From the NCBI GenBank assembly GCA_963664225.1, contig OY760937.1, positions 5,120,001-5,184,000 on the forward strand: a stretch of DNA of 64,000 nt. Reading direction: 5' to 3'. The translations under genes were made by a program, and so were the position numbers. The notes under the pieces were generated by a model. That model ran no database searches and was not told the origin of the DNA. It saw only the letters and a list, made by a program, of their open reading frames with translations. This document shows positions 23,486 through 32,924 of this stretch, in pieces (the first letter of the stretch is position 1; every line of letters starts with the position of its first letter). The DNA comes from Verrucomicrobiia bacterium. GTDB lineage: Bacteria; Verrucomicrobiota; Verrucomicrobiia; Limisphaerales; UBA1319.

Positions 23486-24193
23486 ATGCAGCTCACGGTA
23501 AGAGATGTCGCTGAATTGCTGAACGTTTCCGAAAAAAGCGTTTACCGATGGATTACAGACGGGAATTTGCCCGCCTATCGCGTCAGCGGGCAGTACCGTT
23601 TTAACCGCGCAGAGCTGTTGGAATGGGCCACTGCAAAGAAGATTAACGTTTCTCCCAAAATATTTGAGGAGAGCGAGGCGGGGGCCGGGGAGTTGCCTGA
23701 TTTGGCGGATGCTTTGCAGGCAGGCGGGATTTACTACCGCATGGGCGGCAACGACAAGGCAGGCGTCCTGCGGGGGATTGTGGACGCAATGCGATTGCCC
23801 GATGAGGTGGACCGCAATTTCCTGTTGCAGGTTTTGATGGCGCGCGAGGCGTTGGAATCGACGGCGATCGGGGATGGAATCGCGATTCCACATGTGCGAA
23901 ATCCGATTGTTCTGCATGTGGCCAAACCGATGGTGATGCTGAGCTTTCTTGAAAAGCCGGTGGCTTTTGGAGCGTTGGACGGGCAGCCGGTCCACACGCT
24001 TTTCTCCCTGGTAAGTCCCACCGTGCGGTCACATTTGCATTTATTATCGCGGATAGCGTTTGCGCTCCGGGACCCGGGATTTAAGGAAATCGTTCTGCGA
24101 CAGGGAAGTCGGGAAGAAATCCTGGAAGGGGTAAAGCGGGTTGGAAGTGGGAAGAAGACTCCCACTGAGGTTGTCAGCCAGGAGCGTCAATGA
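23486..24193 (+). CDS. Excisionase-type HTH (HTH_17) fused to PTS EIIA (PtsN/Ntr-like) domain
   Basis: N-term LTVRDVAELLNVSEKSVYRW...LPAYRVSGQYRF; C-term REALESTAIGDGIAIPHVR with phospho-accepting His, FGALDGQPV, HLHLLSRIA. Confidence 0.88.
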   Translation: MQLTVRDVAELLNVSEKSVYRWITDGNLPAYRVSGQYRFNRAELLEWATAKKINVSPKIFEESEAGAGELPDLADALQAGGIYYRMGGNDKAGVLRGIVDAMRLPDEVDRNFLLQVLMAREALESTAIGDGIAIPHVRNPIVLHVAKPMVMLSFLEKPVAFGALDGQPVHTLFSLVSPTVRSHLHLLSRIAFALRDPGFKEIVLRQGSREEILEGVKRVGSGKKTPTEVVSQERQ

Positions 24194-26184
24194 GCCTTTT
24201 GTTGCTGGCAATGGGGATTTGGGTGGGAAGTGGGCTGATGGCCTTGTTTTTTCCACATAATCCCAAACTGGCAACGGCAGTGGGCGCTTGGGGGTTGATT
24301 GCGGGCGCGATTTTGGCGGTTTTTCCTGTAGTTCGTGTTCTCATGGGGGGGGCGGTTGGAGAGAGCCGCCTCCCGATGAGCCTGCCTGGAGGCAGTTTTT
24401 TCATTCAGTTGGACGCGCTTTCCGCGTGGTTCATTCTTCCAATGCTGTTGCTTCTAGTTGCAGCCGCCCTCTATGCCGTGGATTACATGGCCGCGTTTCG
24501 AGAACGGCACTTGGGGGTTCCCGCCTTATTCTTTAACCTGCTGGCCACCAGCATGGTGATGGTCGTTTTGTCCCGCAACGCGGTGCTCTTCCTGATGTCA
24601 TGGGAGGTGATGTCGGTGACCTCTTTTTTCCTGGTAACCTTCGAAGATGAAAAGCCCAAAGTGCGCGAGGCGGGTTGGGTGTACTTGATCGCAACCCATT
24701 TGGGGACGGCTTCCATTTTTGTCCTTTTTGTCTTGATGGGTCGCGAGGCTGGCTCGATGGATTTCGATAAGTGGGCGGCGATGGGGACAATTGGAACATG
24801 GCCCGGAGGAATGGCGGGGTCGATGTTTATTCTGGCGGTGATCGGGTTCGGCACCAAGGCGGGTTTCATGCCTTTTCATGTGTGGCTGCCTGAGGCGCAT
24901 CCGGCGGCGCCAAGCCATGTCTCGGCCGTCATGTCTGGAGTGATGATCAAGACGGGGGTTTATGGGGTATTGCGGATGCTCACGTATTTGGGAACGCCCG
25001 CCGCATGGTGGGGCTGGTTACTTTTGGGGGTGGGTCTGGTGTCGGGAATATTGGGGGTGATCAATGCGCTCGCGCAGCACGACTTGAAGCGGTTGCTGGC
25101 GTATAGCAGCGTGGAGAATGTGGGGATCATGACCATCGGCATGGGTATCGGAGTCCTGGGCATTTCGATGGCGGCCCCTGCGGTTGCGATTTTGGGCTTC
25201 AGCGCCTGTCTGCTTCATTTTGCGAATCATGCCATGTTCAAGGGCCTTCTGTTTCTGGGGGCTGGCAGCATTTTGCACGTGACTGGCACGCGGCAAATGG
25301 ATCGGCTGGGCGGTTTGCTGAAAAAAATGCCGGTGACGGGTTTATGCTTTTTGCTGGGGGTGGTGGCAATCTGCGGGCTGCCGCCGATGAACGGATTTAT
25401 TGGGGAGGTCGTTCTTTTCATGGCGGGATTCAAGGCGGCAACCTCGCTGGAGCTGTCCAGGGCGATTGCGGGTGTGGCGGTGATTCTGGGAATGGGCTTG
25501 ATCGGCGGTCTGGCCGTGGTCTGTTTTACTAAAGCCTTCGGAATCGTTTTTCTCGGGGAACCGCGGGGCGGGGAGGAACAACATGCCCACGAGAGTGGAA
25601 GGTGGATGCAGACGGGCATGGCGATCCTGGTTTGCGCCTGCATTTGCGCCAGTCTGGCAGCGCCCATCCTCATCCGCAAAGCCAGTGAGATCGCGGCTGG
25701 AATGGGGCGGTACGATCACAACGCTGCAGTGTTGAATCTGGCGGCGTTTTCGAATGTCATGAACCTGGTGGTCCTGGTTTTTCTCGTCCTCGGATTGCTT
25801 ATTGCGTTGTTGGTCTGGATGCGTTCACGTTTGCTGTCAGGTCGCAAGATTGAATCGGCCGCCACATGGGGCTGCGGTTACGTGGCGTCCTCGTCACGGG
25901 TGCAATACACTGGCTCCTCGTTTGTTCAGCCGGCAACCATGCTCTATCGGTTGGTGCTAAGGATGCGACGCCGTTATTCCACGCCGAAAGGTTTTTTCCC
26001 GAGTCATTCCTCGTTTTTAAGTGAAACTCCGGATGTCTGGCAACGGGTTATTTACGGACCGGCTTTTGCAAGCCTGGCAGCATGGTTGTCCAAGTTGCGA
26101 TGGCTGCAACAGGGCCAGGTGCAGCTTTATGTGCTGTATATGGCGGCGACTTTGCTGGCGCTGCTGATCTGGAAGTTGGGCTGA
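24190..26184 (+). CDS. hyfB: HyfB-like antiporter-type membrane subunit (Ehr complex)
   Basis: FLMSWEVMS, GFGTKAG, PFHVWLPEAHPAAP, KRLLAYSSVENVG, TWGCGY; ATGA overlap with regulator stop. Confidence 0.85.
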   Translation: MSLLLLAMGIWVGSGLMALFFPHNPKLATAVGAWGLIAGAILAVFPVVRVLMGGAVGESRLPMSLPGGSFFIQLDALSAWFILPMLLLLVAAALYAVDYMAAFRERHLGVPALFFNLLATSMVMVVLSRNAVLFLMSWEVMSVTSFFLVTFEDEKPKVREAGWVYLIATHLGTASIFVLFVLMGREAGSMDFDKWAAMGTIGTWPGGMAGSMFILAVIGFGTKAGFMPFHVWLPEAHPAAPSHVSAVMSGVMIKTGVYGVLRMLTYLGTPAAWWGWLLLGVGLVSGILGVINALAQHDLKRLLAYSSVENVGIMTIGMGIGVLGISMAAPAVAILGFSACLLHFANHAMFKGLLFLGAGSILHVTGTRQMDRLGGLLKKMPVTGLCFLLGVVAICGLPPMNGFIGEVVLFMAGFKAATSLELSRAIAGVAVILGMGLIGGLAVVCFTKAFGIVFLGEPRGGEEQHAHESGRWMQTGMAILVCACICASLAAPILIRKASEIAAGMGRYDHNAAVLNLAAFSNVMNLVVLVFLVLGLLIALLVWMRSRLLSGRKIESAATWGCGYVASSSRVQYTGSSFVQPATMLYRLVLRMRRRYSTPKGFFPSHSSFLSETPDVWQRVIYGPAFASLAAWLSKLRWLQQGQVQLYVLYMAATLLALLIWKLG

Positions 26185-26187
26185 ACC

Positions 26188-27096
26188 ATGAACATCAGTG
26201 CGATACTTTCACTTCTGGTGGGTCTGGCTCTGGCGCCTTTGTTGCCGGGGATCATTAACCGCGTGAAGGCGAAGTTTGGCGGGCGGCGGGGCCAGCCCAT
26301 TCTTCAAATGTATTTCGATCTCTGGAAGCTTCTTCACAAAGGCGCGGTTTACAGCCGCACGACAACCTGGGTGTTTCAGGCGGCGCCCATTGTTGGCCTG
26401 GCCGCGGTGATTGCAGCCATGCTGATTGTTCCCTTTGGAGGCGCGAACGCCCTGGTTGGTTTTCCCGGGGATCTGGTGCTCATGGCGGGGTTGCTGGGCC
26501 TGGGCCGGTTCTTCACGATGATTGCGGCATTGGATACAGGATCCAGTTTCGAGGGAATGGGGGCCAGCCGCGAAGCCCATTTTTCGGCGCTGGGGGAACC
26601 GGTTTTGCTCCTGGCATTGGCGGTCGTGGGACGCAAAACGGTTAGTTTTTCACTTTCCGACATATTTGGCGCGCTGACACCCTGGCACTGGGCGCAAAGC
26701 TTTGTGCCTCTGGCCCTGGTGGTGACGGTTCTTCTGGTGGTGATGCTGGCGGAAAATGCGCGCATTCCCGTGGATGATCCCAATACCCATCTGGAGTTGA
26801 CCATGATCCACGAGGTGATGGTGCTCGATCATGGCGGTCCTGATTTTGCGTTTATCGTTTATGGAGCGGCCTTGAAACTCTGGCTGATGGGCGCGCTCTT
26901 GGTGAATGTGCTTCTGCCTATTCATTCAGGGCATCTCTGGATCGATCTGGCGGTGGGTGTCATCGGCATGTGTGGTGTGGCGGTGGTGGTCGGCATCATT
27001 GAGTCGATCATGGCACGATTGCGCTTGTTATTTGTGCCCCAGTTGTTGGTTGGGGCGGGGGTCATGGCGGCGGTGGCCTTGGTGGTGATGCAATAG
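26188..27096 (+). CDS. hyfC: HyfC/HycD (NuoH-like) membrane subunit
   Basis: LDTGSSFEGMGASRE, AENARIPVDDPNTHLELTMIHE. Confidence 0.85.
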   Translation: MNISAILSLLVGLALAPLLPGIINRVKAKFGGRRGQPILQMYFDLWKLLHKGAVYSRTTTWVFQAAPIVGLAAVIAAMLIVPFGGANALVGFPGDLVLMAGLLGLGRFFTMIAALDTGSSFEGMGASREAHFSALGEPVLLLALAVVGRKTVSFSLSDIFGALTPWHWAQSFVPLALVVTVLLVVMLAENARIPVDDPNTHLELTMIHEVMVLDHGGPDFAFIVYGAALKLWLMGALLVNVLLPIHSGHLWIDLAVGVIGMCGVAVVVGIIESIMARLRLLFVPQLLVGAGVMAAVALVVMQ

Positions 27097-27103
27097 GCCC
27101 TGT

Positions 27104-27739
27104 ATGGTTGATTTTATACTAATTTTGGTGGTGTTGACAAACTTCTGGCTCTTGGGGACGAGCCGGCTGGGTTCAAGTATTCGTGTGGTGGCTTTACAGG
27201 GTGTCCTGTTGGGCCTTCTGCCATTGGCGGCACATCTCCATGCCACTCCCATGCGTGTGATGGCTTTGGCGGCCGGGAGTATTCTGCTCAAGGGCATGGT
27301 TTTCCCACGGTTATTGTTTCGGGCCTTGCGCGAGGCGGATGTGACGCGTGAAGCGGAGCCTTTTGTCGGTTACGTCCTCTCCCTTCTCATTGGGGTGATG
27401 GCGCTGGGTCTGTCGTTTTGGATGGGCGGCCGGTTGCGGATGGAAAGTCCGGTGGTCTCCGCCATGATCCTTCCCGTGGCCTTCTTCTCCCTCATGGCGG
27501 GATTCTTCCTGATTGTGGCGCGCAAAAAGGCGGTGCATCAGGTTCTTGGCTTTTTGGTGTTTGAAAACGGGGTTTACACTTTCGGTATTGGGGCGATGCA
27601 GGAAGCCACACTGCTGGTCGAACTGGGCATTCTACTGGATGTCTTCGTGGGTGTGTTTGTCATGGGTATCGCCATTTTTCACATCAGCCGCGAATTCGAT
27701 CACACCGAGACGGATCGTTTGTCATCCCTGAAGGACTAA
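27104..27739 (+). CDS. hyfE: HyfE-like membrane subunit
   Basis: Multi-TM; QVLGFLVFENG, ELGILLD; operon position. Confidence 0.8.
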   Translation: MVDFILILVVLTNFWLLGTSRLGSSIRVVALQGVLLGLLPLAAHLHATPMRVMALAAGSILLKGMVFPRLLFRALREADVTREAEPFVGYVLSLLIGVMALGLSFWMGGRLRMESPVVSAMILPVAFFSLMAGFFLIVARKKAVHQVLGFLVFENGVYTFGIGAMQEATLLVELGILLDVFVGVFVMGIAIFHISREFDHTETDRLSSLKD

Positions 27740-27741
27740 GA

Positions 27742-29220
27742 ATGATCCCGGCATTGATACTGATTCCATTTTTCGCCGGTCTGGCGGCTTTTGCGCTCAG
27801 AATGACACAGGTGCGCCGGGGGTTGTTGGTCCTGGTGGCCGTGGTGCACTCCGCGCTGGTTCTATCCTGCTGGTTGCATCGGCCGGAGGCGGCATTGGGT
27901 GGCGGGCTGCAACTCGATTCGCTGGGCTTGATATTCCTATCCATTGCCAGCGGGGTCTTTTTGGTGGCTTCCATTTACGCGCTAGGGTATTTGCGCATGC
28001 AACCTCTCCATCCGGAACCCGATCCAGAGGAGGGGCGGCTGTTCACCAACGCGCCCGAGGGGGTGTTTATTGGATGTTTGCTGATGTTTTTGTCCGCCAT
28101 GACCCTGGTCACCACGAGCGAGCATTTGGGTTTGTTATGGATCGGGGTGGAAGCGACCACGCTGGCCAGCGCGCCGTTGATTTATTTCCATCGTCACCAT
28201 CGGTCATTGGAAGCGGTGTGGAAGTATCTGTTGATTTGTTCATTGGGCATTGCCCTGGCCTTGCTGGGCAATTTCTTTCTGGGTGTGGCGGGAACCCGTT
28301 TGCCCGATGGCGAGGACTCAATGATGGTTTCGGTCCTCGTCAAGAATGCCAGCCTGTTGCACGCGCCCTGGTTGCGCGCGGCGTTCATCCTGTTTTTAGT
28401 CGGTTACGGAACGAAGATGGGACTGGCCCCGCTGCACACATGGCTGCCGGACGCCTACAGCGAAGCCCCCTCCGTGGTCTCCGCGTTGCTATCCGGGGCG
28501 TTGTCGAATTGCGCTTTCCTGGGAGTCCTCCGGGTGCTGCAAATCTGCGTGGCCGCGAACCAGGGCGATTTCGCCCGGGAATTGATGGTGATCATGGGAC
28601 TGCTCTCGATGGGCGTGGCGGCAGTGTTCATTCTCAAACAGGCCGATTACAAGCGCCTTCTGGCTTATTCCAGCGTCGAGAACATGGGGATCATGAACCT
28701 CGGCGTGGGATTGGGCGGGGTGGGGGCCTTTGGTTCCATGCTTCACGCCGTGAACCATTCGCTTATCAAGACGATGCTGTTTTTGGTCGCGGGAAACATT
28801 CTGATGGTTTTCAAATCCAAATCCGTAAGCGCCGTTCGTGGCATGTTCCGCGTAATGCCCGCATCCGGTGTTTTATGGATTGCTGGATTTTTGGCCATCA
28901 CGGGCACGCCACCGTTCGGACCGTTCTTGAGCGAATTTACGATTCTAAAAGCGGCCTTTGCGAATGGACGTTTTGTGGTGGGCGGCTTGTATATGTTTCT
29001 GTTGGCGGTGATTTTTATCGGTATGTCCACTGTCTTTCTGCGCATGGCGCAAGGCACTCCTGATGCCTCCAATGCGGCGGACCGGGGCAGCCTTCATCCA
29101 TTGATGATCTGGCCGCCGGCCGTGCTGTGCGTCGCGGTTTTGATGTTGGGAGTCTATATTCCGCCAGCGTTGGCAGGTGTATTGATGGAGGCTGCAAAGA
29201 CTGTGGGAGGCTTGGTATGA
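27742..29220 (+). CDS. hyfF: HyfF-like antiporter-type membrane subunit
   Basis: WIGVEATTL, SLEAVWKY, GYGTKMGLAPLHTWLPDA, KRLLAYSS. Confidence 0.85.
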   Translation: MIPALILIPFFAGLAAFALRMTQVRRGLLVLVAVVHSALVLSCWLHRPEAALGGGLQLDSLGLIFLSIASGVFLVASIYALGYLRMQPLHPEPDPEEGRLFTNAPEGVFIGCLLMFLSAMTLVTTSEHLGLLWIGVEATTLASAPLIYFHRHHRSLEAVWKYLLICSLGIALALLGNFFLGVAGTRLPDGEDSMMVSVLVKNASLLHAPWLRAAFILFLVGYGTKMGLAPLHTWLPDAYSEAPSVVSALLSGALSNCAFLGVLRVLQICVAANQGDFARELMVIMGLLSMGVAAVFILKQADYKRLLAYSSVENMGIMNLGVGLGGVGAFGSMLHAVNHSLIKTMLFLVAGNILMVFKSKSVSAVRGMFRVMPASGVLWIAGFLAITGTPPFGPFLSEFTILKAAFANGRFVVGGLYMFLLAVIFIGMSTVFLRMAQGTPDASNAADRGSLHPLMIWPPAVLCVAVLMLGVYIPPALAGVLMEAAKTVGGLV

Positions 29221-30692
29221 GCAGCACCTCGGCCTGTGTGACGCATAACGCGGTGCCCGTGAAGTGGGTGGATATTTCCGTTCTGCCCATTGCGGATTTT
29301 CGCGCGGCCATTCTCCGGGAAGCCAGCCTCGGAAACCGAATGGCGGCTTTGTTTGGAATTCCATCGAAAGAGGGCGGTCTTAGATTGCTGGGTGTCATGG
29401 CCAATGGCGGTTCCAGCGCGTTATCGTTGTATTCGACACCGGTCAAGGATCGGTATCCATCATTGACTCCTGAGTGTCCTCAAGCGCAGGGGTTTGAGCG
29501 GGAGATATTCGAGCAATGGGGAGTGATGCCAGAGGGCCATCCGTGGCTTAAACCCGTGCGCGCCACCTCTTCTGCGACTTCGGCATCGCCGTTTTTTGTC
29601 GTGGATGGTGTTGAGGTTCATGAAGTGGCAGTTGGGCCGGTCCATGCCGGAATCATCGAACCCGGTCATTTCCGTTTTCAATGCCACGGCGAGCAGGTGT
29701 TCCACCTGGAAATATCGTTAGGCTATCAACACCGGGGCATTGAGCGGCGCCTGGTCGGCGGGCCTGACCGTCGGACGATGCATTACATGGAGACCGCCGC
29801 AGGCGATACGACGGTCGGTCATGCCAGCGCCTATTGCCAGGCTGTCGAGGCGCTATCGGGATGCAACGTGTCAGCACGAGCCCAGGTTTTACGGGCCGTC
29901 GCGTTGGAACTGGAGCGTCTGGCCAATCATACCGGAGACCTCGGTGCAATGGCCGGGGACATCGGTTTTCTGCCCACCTCGTCGTTTTGCGGTCGGATTC
30001 GTGGCGATTTTCTCAATATGACCGCGCTGCTGTGCGGGAGTCGGTTTGGTCGGAATTTGGTGCAGCCCGGGGGTTTGGGATTCGAGGCGGAGCCGGAACG
30101 ATTGGAAAAACTGGGCGCTCAATTGGACCGCGCATTGAAGGATGTCACGGTTGCGTGTAACCTTCTTTGGAATACCACTACTGTGCGCGCGCGTTTTGAA
30201 AATACAGGCACCCTGAAAAATCAGGATTGTCTGGATCTGGGTCTGGTAGGTGTTGCGGCCAGGGCCTGCGGTGTCGAACGGGATGTGAGGCACGAGTTTT
30301 CCGGGGGAGCGTATCGGTTTTTCCAATTGCCTGTTTCGACCTTTAACTCCGGCAACGTATTCGGACGTGCATACGTCCGCTGGATGGAAATTCAACGTTC
30401 GATCGCCTTCATTAAGGATATGATTCGAACGATGCCTGGCGGCGAAATTCGTCAGCCGATGGATGAATTGGCGGCCGGTTCTCTGGTGGTTTCGATGGTT
30501 GAAGGATGGCGTGGGGAGATCTGCCATGTCGCCACCACGGACGATGCGGGACGGTTCCGACATTATAAGGTAATCGATCCGTCCTTTCATAATTGGATGG
30601 GGTTGGCTTATGCAATGCGCGATCAGCAAATCTCCGATTTTCCGCTGTGTAACAAGAGTTTCAATCTTTCCTACTGTGGCCACGATCTTTAA
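29217..30692 (+). CDS. HyfG-like NuoC+NuoD large subunit without NiFe-binding CxxC motifs (Ehr large subunit)
   Basis: FEREIFE, GHPWLKP, GPVHAGIIEPGHFRF, ELERLANH, VEGWRGE; L1 region reads ETAAGDTTVGH, C-term DFPLCNKSFNLSYCGHDL; ATGA overlap fixes start. Confidence 0.85.
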   Translation: MSSTSACVTHNAVPVKWVDISVLPIADFRAAILREASLGNRMAALFGIPSKEGGLRLLGVMANGGSSALSLYSTPVKDRYPSLTPECPQAQGFEREIFEQWGVMPEGHPWLKPVRATSSATSASPFFVVDGVEVHEVAVGPVHAGIIEPGHFRFQCHGEQVFHLEISLGYQHRGIERRLVGGPDRRTMHYMETAAGDTTVGHASAYCQAVEALSGCNVSARAQVLRAVALELERLANHTGDLGAMAGDIGFLPTSSFCGRIRGDFLNMTALLCGSRFGRNLVQPGGLGFEAEPERLEKLGAQLDRALKDVTVACNLLWNTTTVRARFENTGTLKNQDCLDLGLVGVAARACGVERDVRHEFSGGAYRFFQLPVSTFNSGNVFGRAYVRWMEIQRSIAFIKDMIRTMPGGEIRQPMDELAAGSLVVSMVEGWRGEICHVATTDDAGRFRHYKVIDPSFHNWMGLAYAMRDQQISDFPLCNKSFNLSYCGHDL

Positions 30693-30698
30693 GAGGAC

Positions 30699-31502
30699 AT
30701 GATTAAAGCGCTTTTAGCACGAAAACAGCAGGGATGCCGAACAATCGGTTATCCTGATTCCGCGCCGGTATTGCCGGAGCGTTTTCGCGGGCGGCCGTTG
30801 GTGGATGCCAACCTGTGCGAGCTGCAGTGTCACTCCTGCGTGGAGGCTTGTCCCACGGGCGCCATCGCCCTTTCCGGAAATCAATTGGAGTTTGATTTGG
30901 GGCGCTGCCTCTTTTGCCTGGATTGCTCAGAAGCATGTCCGAAAGGCGCGATCCAACATTCCAAGGATCACAGCATGGCTGCGCGGCGCCGGTCGGATTT
31001 GGTCGTCCGCAACGGGACGACTCAGGCCCTGGCAAAGGCTTTGGACGCCCAGTCTCAAAAGGTCTTCGGACATTCCCTGAAGCTGCGCCAGGTCAGCGCT
31101 GGTGGATGCAACGCGTGCGAGGCGGATGTCAACGTTTTGGGAACCGTTGTGTTCGATCTGGGGCGTTTTGGCATTCAATTTGTGGCCTCGCCCCGTCATG
31201 CCGACGGTATTCTGGTGACAGGTCCGGTAACAGCTAATATGCGTCTGGCGCTGGAAAAGACCTTTGAAGCCATTCCGTCCCCGAAATTTGTGATTGCCGT
31301 TGGCGCATGCGCGATTTCTGGAGGCCCTTTTGTGGATCATAAGGAAGTGAATAACGGCGCGGAAAATGTGATTCCGGTCGATTTGTTCATACCTGGCTGC
31401 CCGCCGCATCCCATCACCATTTTGGATGGTTTATTGCGGTTGCTTGGGCGATTGCAGGAGCCCGCTCAGGCGGTTTCCAGCGAAAAGGCGGCTCTGACAT
31501 GA
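30699..31502 (+). CDS. Fused 2[4Fe-4S] ferredoxin (NuoI-like) + NuoB/HyfI-like small subunit
   Basis: CELQCHSCVEACP, CLFCLDCSEACP, then GGCNACE, ASPRHADG, GACAISGG, PGCPP. Confidence 0.85.
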   Translation: MIKALLARKQQGCRTIGYPDSAPVLPERFRGRPLVDANLCELQCHSCVEACPTGAIALSGNQLEFDLGRCLFCLDCSEACPKGAIQHSKDHSMAARRRSDLVVRNGTTQALAKALDAQSQKVFGHSLKLRQVSAGGCNACEADVNVLGTVVFDLGRFGIQFVASPRHADGILVTGPVTANMRLALEKTFEAIPSPKFVIAVGACAISGGPFVDHKEVNNGAENVIPVDLFIPGCPPHPITILDGLLRLLGRLQEPAQAVSSEKAALT

Positions 31503-31587
31503 GGCGCTGTAATTTAAAAAAACTGACTTTAGCCGTGGTTGGGCTTAAAACTGAGCCTTACCCGGTTATTTATCCGAGTTGTTTGTG

Positions 31588-31995
31588 ATGAAAAATGTAA
31601 TCGAAATTTTGTATAGCCTTCAACAGTTGGAACTGGGAGGTGAGTCTGATTCTCCGAAGACAGCGGAGGAGATTAGTAATTTGCGCAAAGGCGTGCCAAC
31701 GCCGATCATGGGGCATTACGACCGGTTGAGGGCTCGTGGAAAGAAAGGAGTGGCGATTGTCCGCAATTCCGTCTGCACCGAGTGCCATATGAAGCTGGCC
31801 ACCGGCATTAATGCCGAACTGATTCGCGCCGAAGACATTCTGATCTGCGATAGTTGCGGGCGTTACTTGCTGGCCGCAAACGAATCGGCGGAATCCTCCG
31901 TCGAAGTCGCGCCTCCGGTTGAAACAGCGCCGGTCGCCAAGAAGAAAGCCGTTCGCAAACGGACCAAGAAATCCGAACTTCCTGCCGCATCTTGA
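31588..31995 (+). CDS. Short C4-type zinc-ribbon protein (DUF164/CT398-like)
   Basis: LYSLQQLE start, YDRLRARGKKGVA, CTECH...CDSCGRYL, basic tail. Confidence 0.75.
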   Translation: MKNVIEILYSLQQLELGGESDSPKTAEEISNLRKGVPTPIMGHYDRLRARGKKGVAIVRNSVCTECHMKLATGINAELIRAEDILICDSCGRYLLAANESAESSVEVAPPVETAPVAKKKAVRKRTKKSELPAAS

Positions 31996-32271
31996 AATAG
32001 CTGCGATTTAAGAAGAAGGCTCGCCGGGCGGGCAACGATCAATGTCGTTTCCCTGCGGAGTTGTTTTTGCAGTTTCTTCAGTTGTTGATGGCTGCTTTTG
32101 CGCTTTTGGAGCGCAGTTGTGCCGCATTTGATTCAAAACTCAGGCTTCAACAGCCATTCCTGATCCACACGGCCCGTCGCTAATGCTGCTGCTCCAGTAA
32201 TGCAGACAATCTAATAATAGGTATTACTCTAAATATTGACTTTGGCGCATTCACCCTTATATTGCCCCAAG

Positions 32272-32808
32272 GTGAATACGAGTCGGAATGATGAGTTGAC
32301 TGGAACTGAGGGTCGCGAGCGAATGGCCACCAATGGTTACCGCTTGACGCCACAGCGCAGACAGGTTTACAGCATTCTGCTGAACCAGAGGGATCATCCC
32401 ACCGCCAACGAGGTTTTCCTCAGGGCCAAGCAGGTCATGCCCGATATCTCCATGGCCACGGTTTATAACTGTCTCGACGCGCTGGTGGAATGCGGTTTGG
32501 TGCGCCAAGTCAATCTGGACCGGTCGGCAACCCGTTTTTGTCCGAATATGGATCCGCATTGTCACTTCTTTTGCGAGAAGTGCGGTCACATATTTGACAT
32601 CGATTTCGATCCTCAATCCATGCGCACCGAGGTGAGCATTCCGGCAGGATTCGAGGTGACGCATTTTGGACTGGCCTTGCGCGGGAAATGCCCTCAATGC
32701 GCGGCGACGGCGCACCCGCAACCGACCCGCAAAGATCAGGGTCCGACCGATGAACCTTCAATGGCTGCCAACGAGACAGCCCTTGGCAATGGCGCCCGAG
32801 GCGATTAA
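32272..32808 (+). CDS. Fur/PerR family transcriptional repressor
   Basis: RLTPQRRQV, HPTANEV, SMATVYNCL, HCHFFCEKCG, GKCPQC; GTG 32272 chosen because 32236 lies in a -35 box. Confidence 0.88.
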   Translation: MNTSRNDELTGTEGRERMATNGYRLTPQRRQVYSILLNQRDHPTANEVFLRAKQVMPDISMATVYNCLDALVECGLVRQVNLDRSATRFCPNMDPHCHFFCEKCGHIFDIDFDPQSMRTEVSIPAGFEVTHFGLALRGKCPQCAATAHPQPTRKDQGPTDEPSMAANETALGNGARGD

Positions 32809-32878
32809 GTCGGTTCCAATGCAAATACTTGGGCGGAATTTTGACAAACCTCTGAAGTGCGTTAAGTTAACATTGGAA

Positions 32879-32893
32879 TGAGAATTAGTCTCA
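32879..32893. promoter_or_regulatory. Fur-box-like 7-1-7 palindrome downstream of a sufB promoter
   Basis: TGAGAAT-T-AGTCTCA, after TTGACA (32841-46) and TAAGTT (32863-68). Confidence 0.6.
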
Positions 32894-32924
32894 ATATTGA
32901 ATCACGGAAGCATTTTGAAATCGC

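Noticed and set aside
29217..30692. Calling the operon a functional NiFe hydrogenase-4 or formate hydrogenlyase
   Set aside because: Both Ni-binding CxxC motifs are missing and no maturation or fdh genes are nearby
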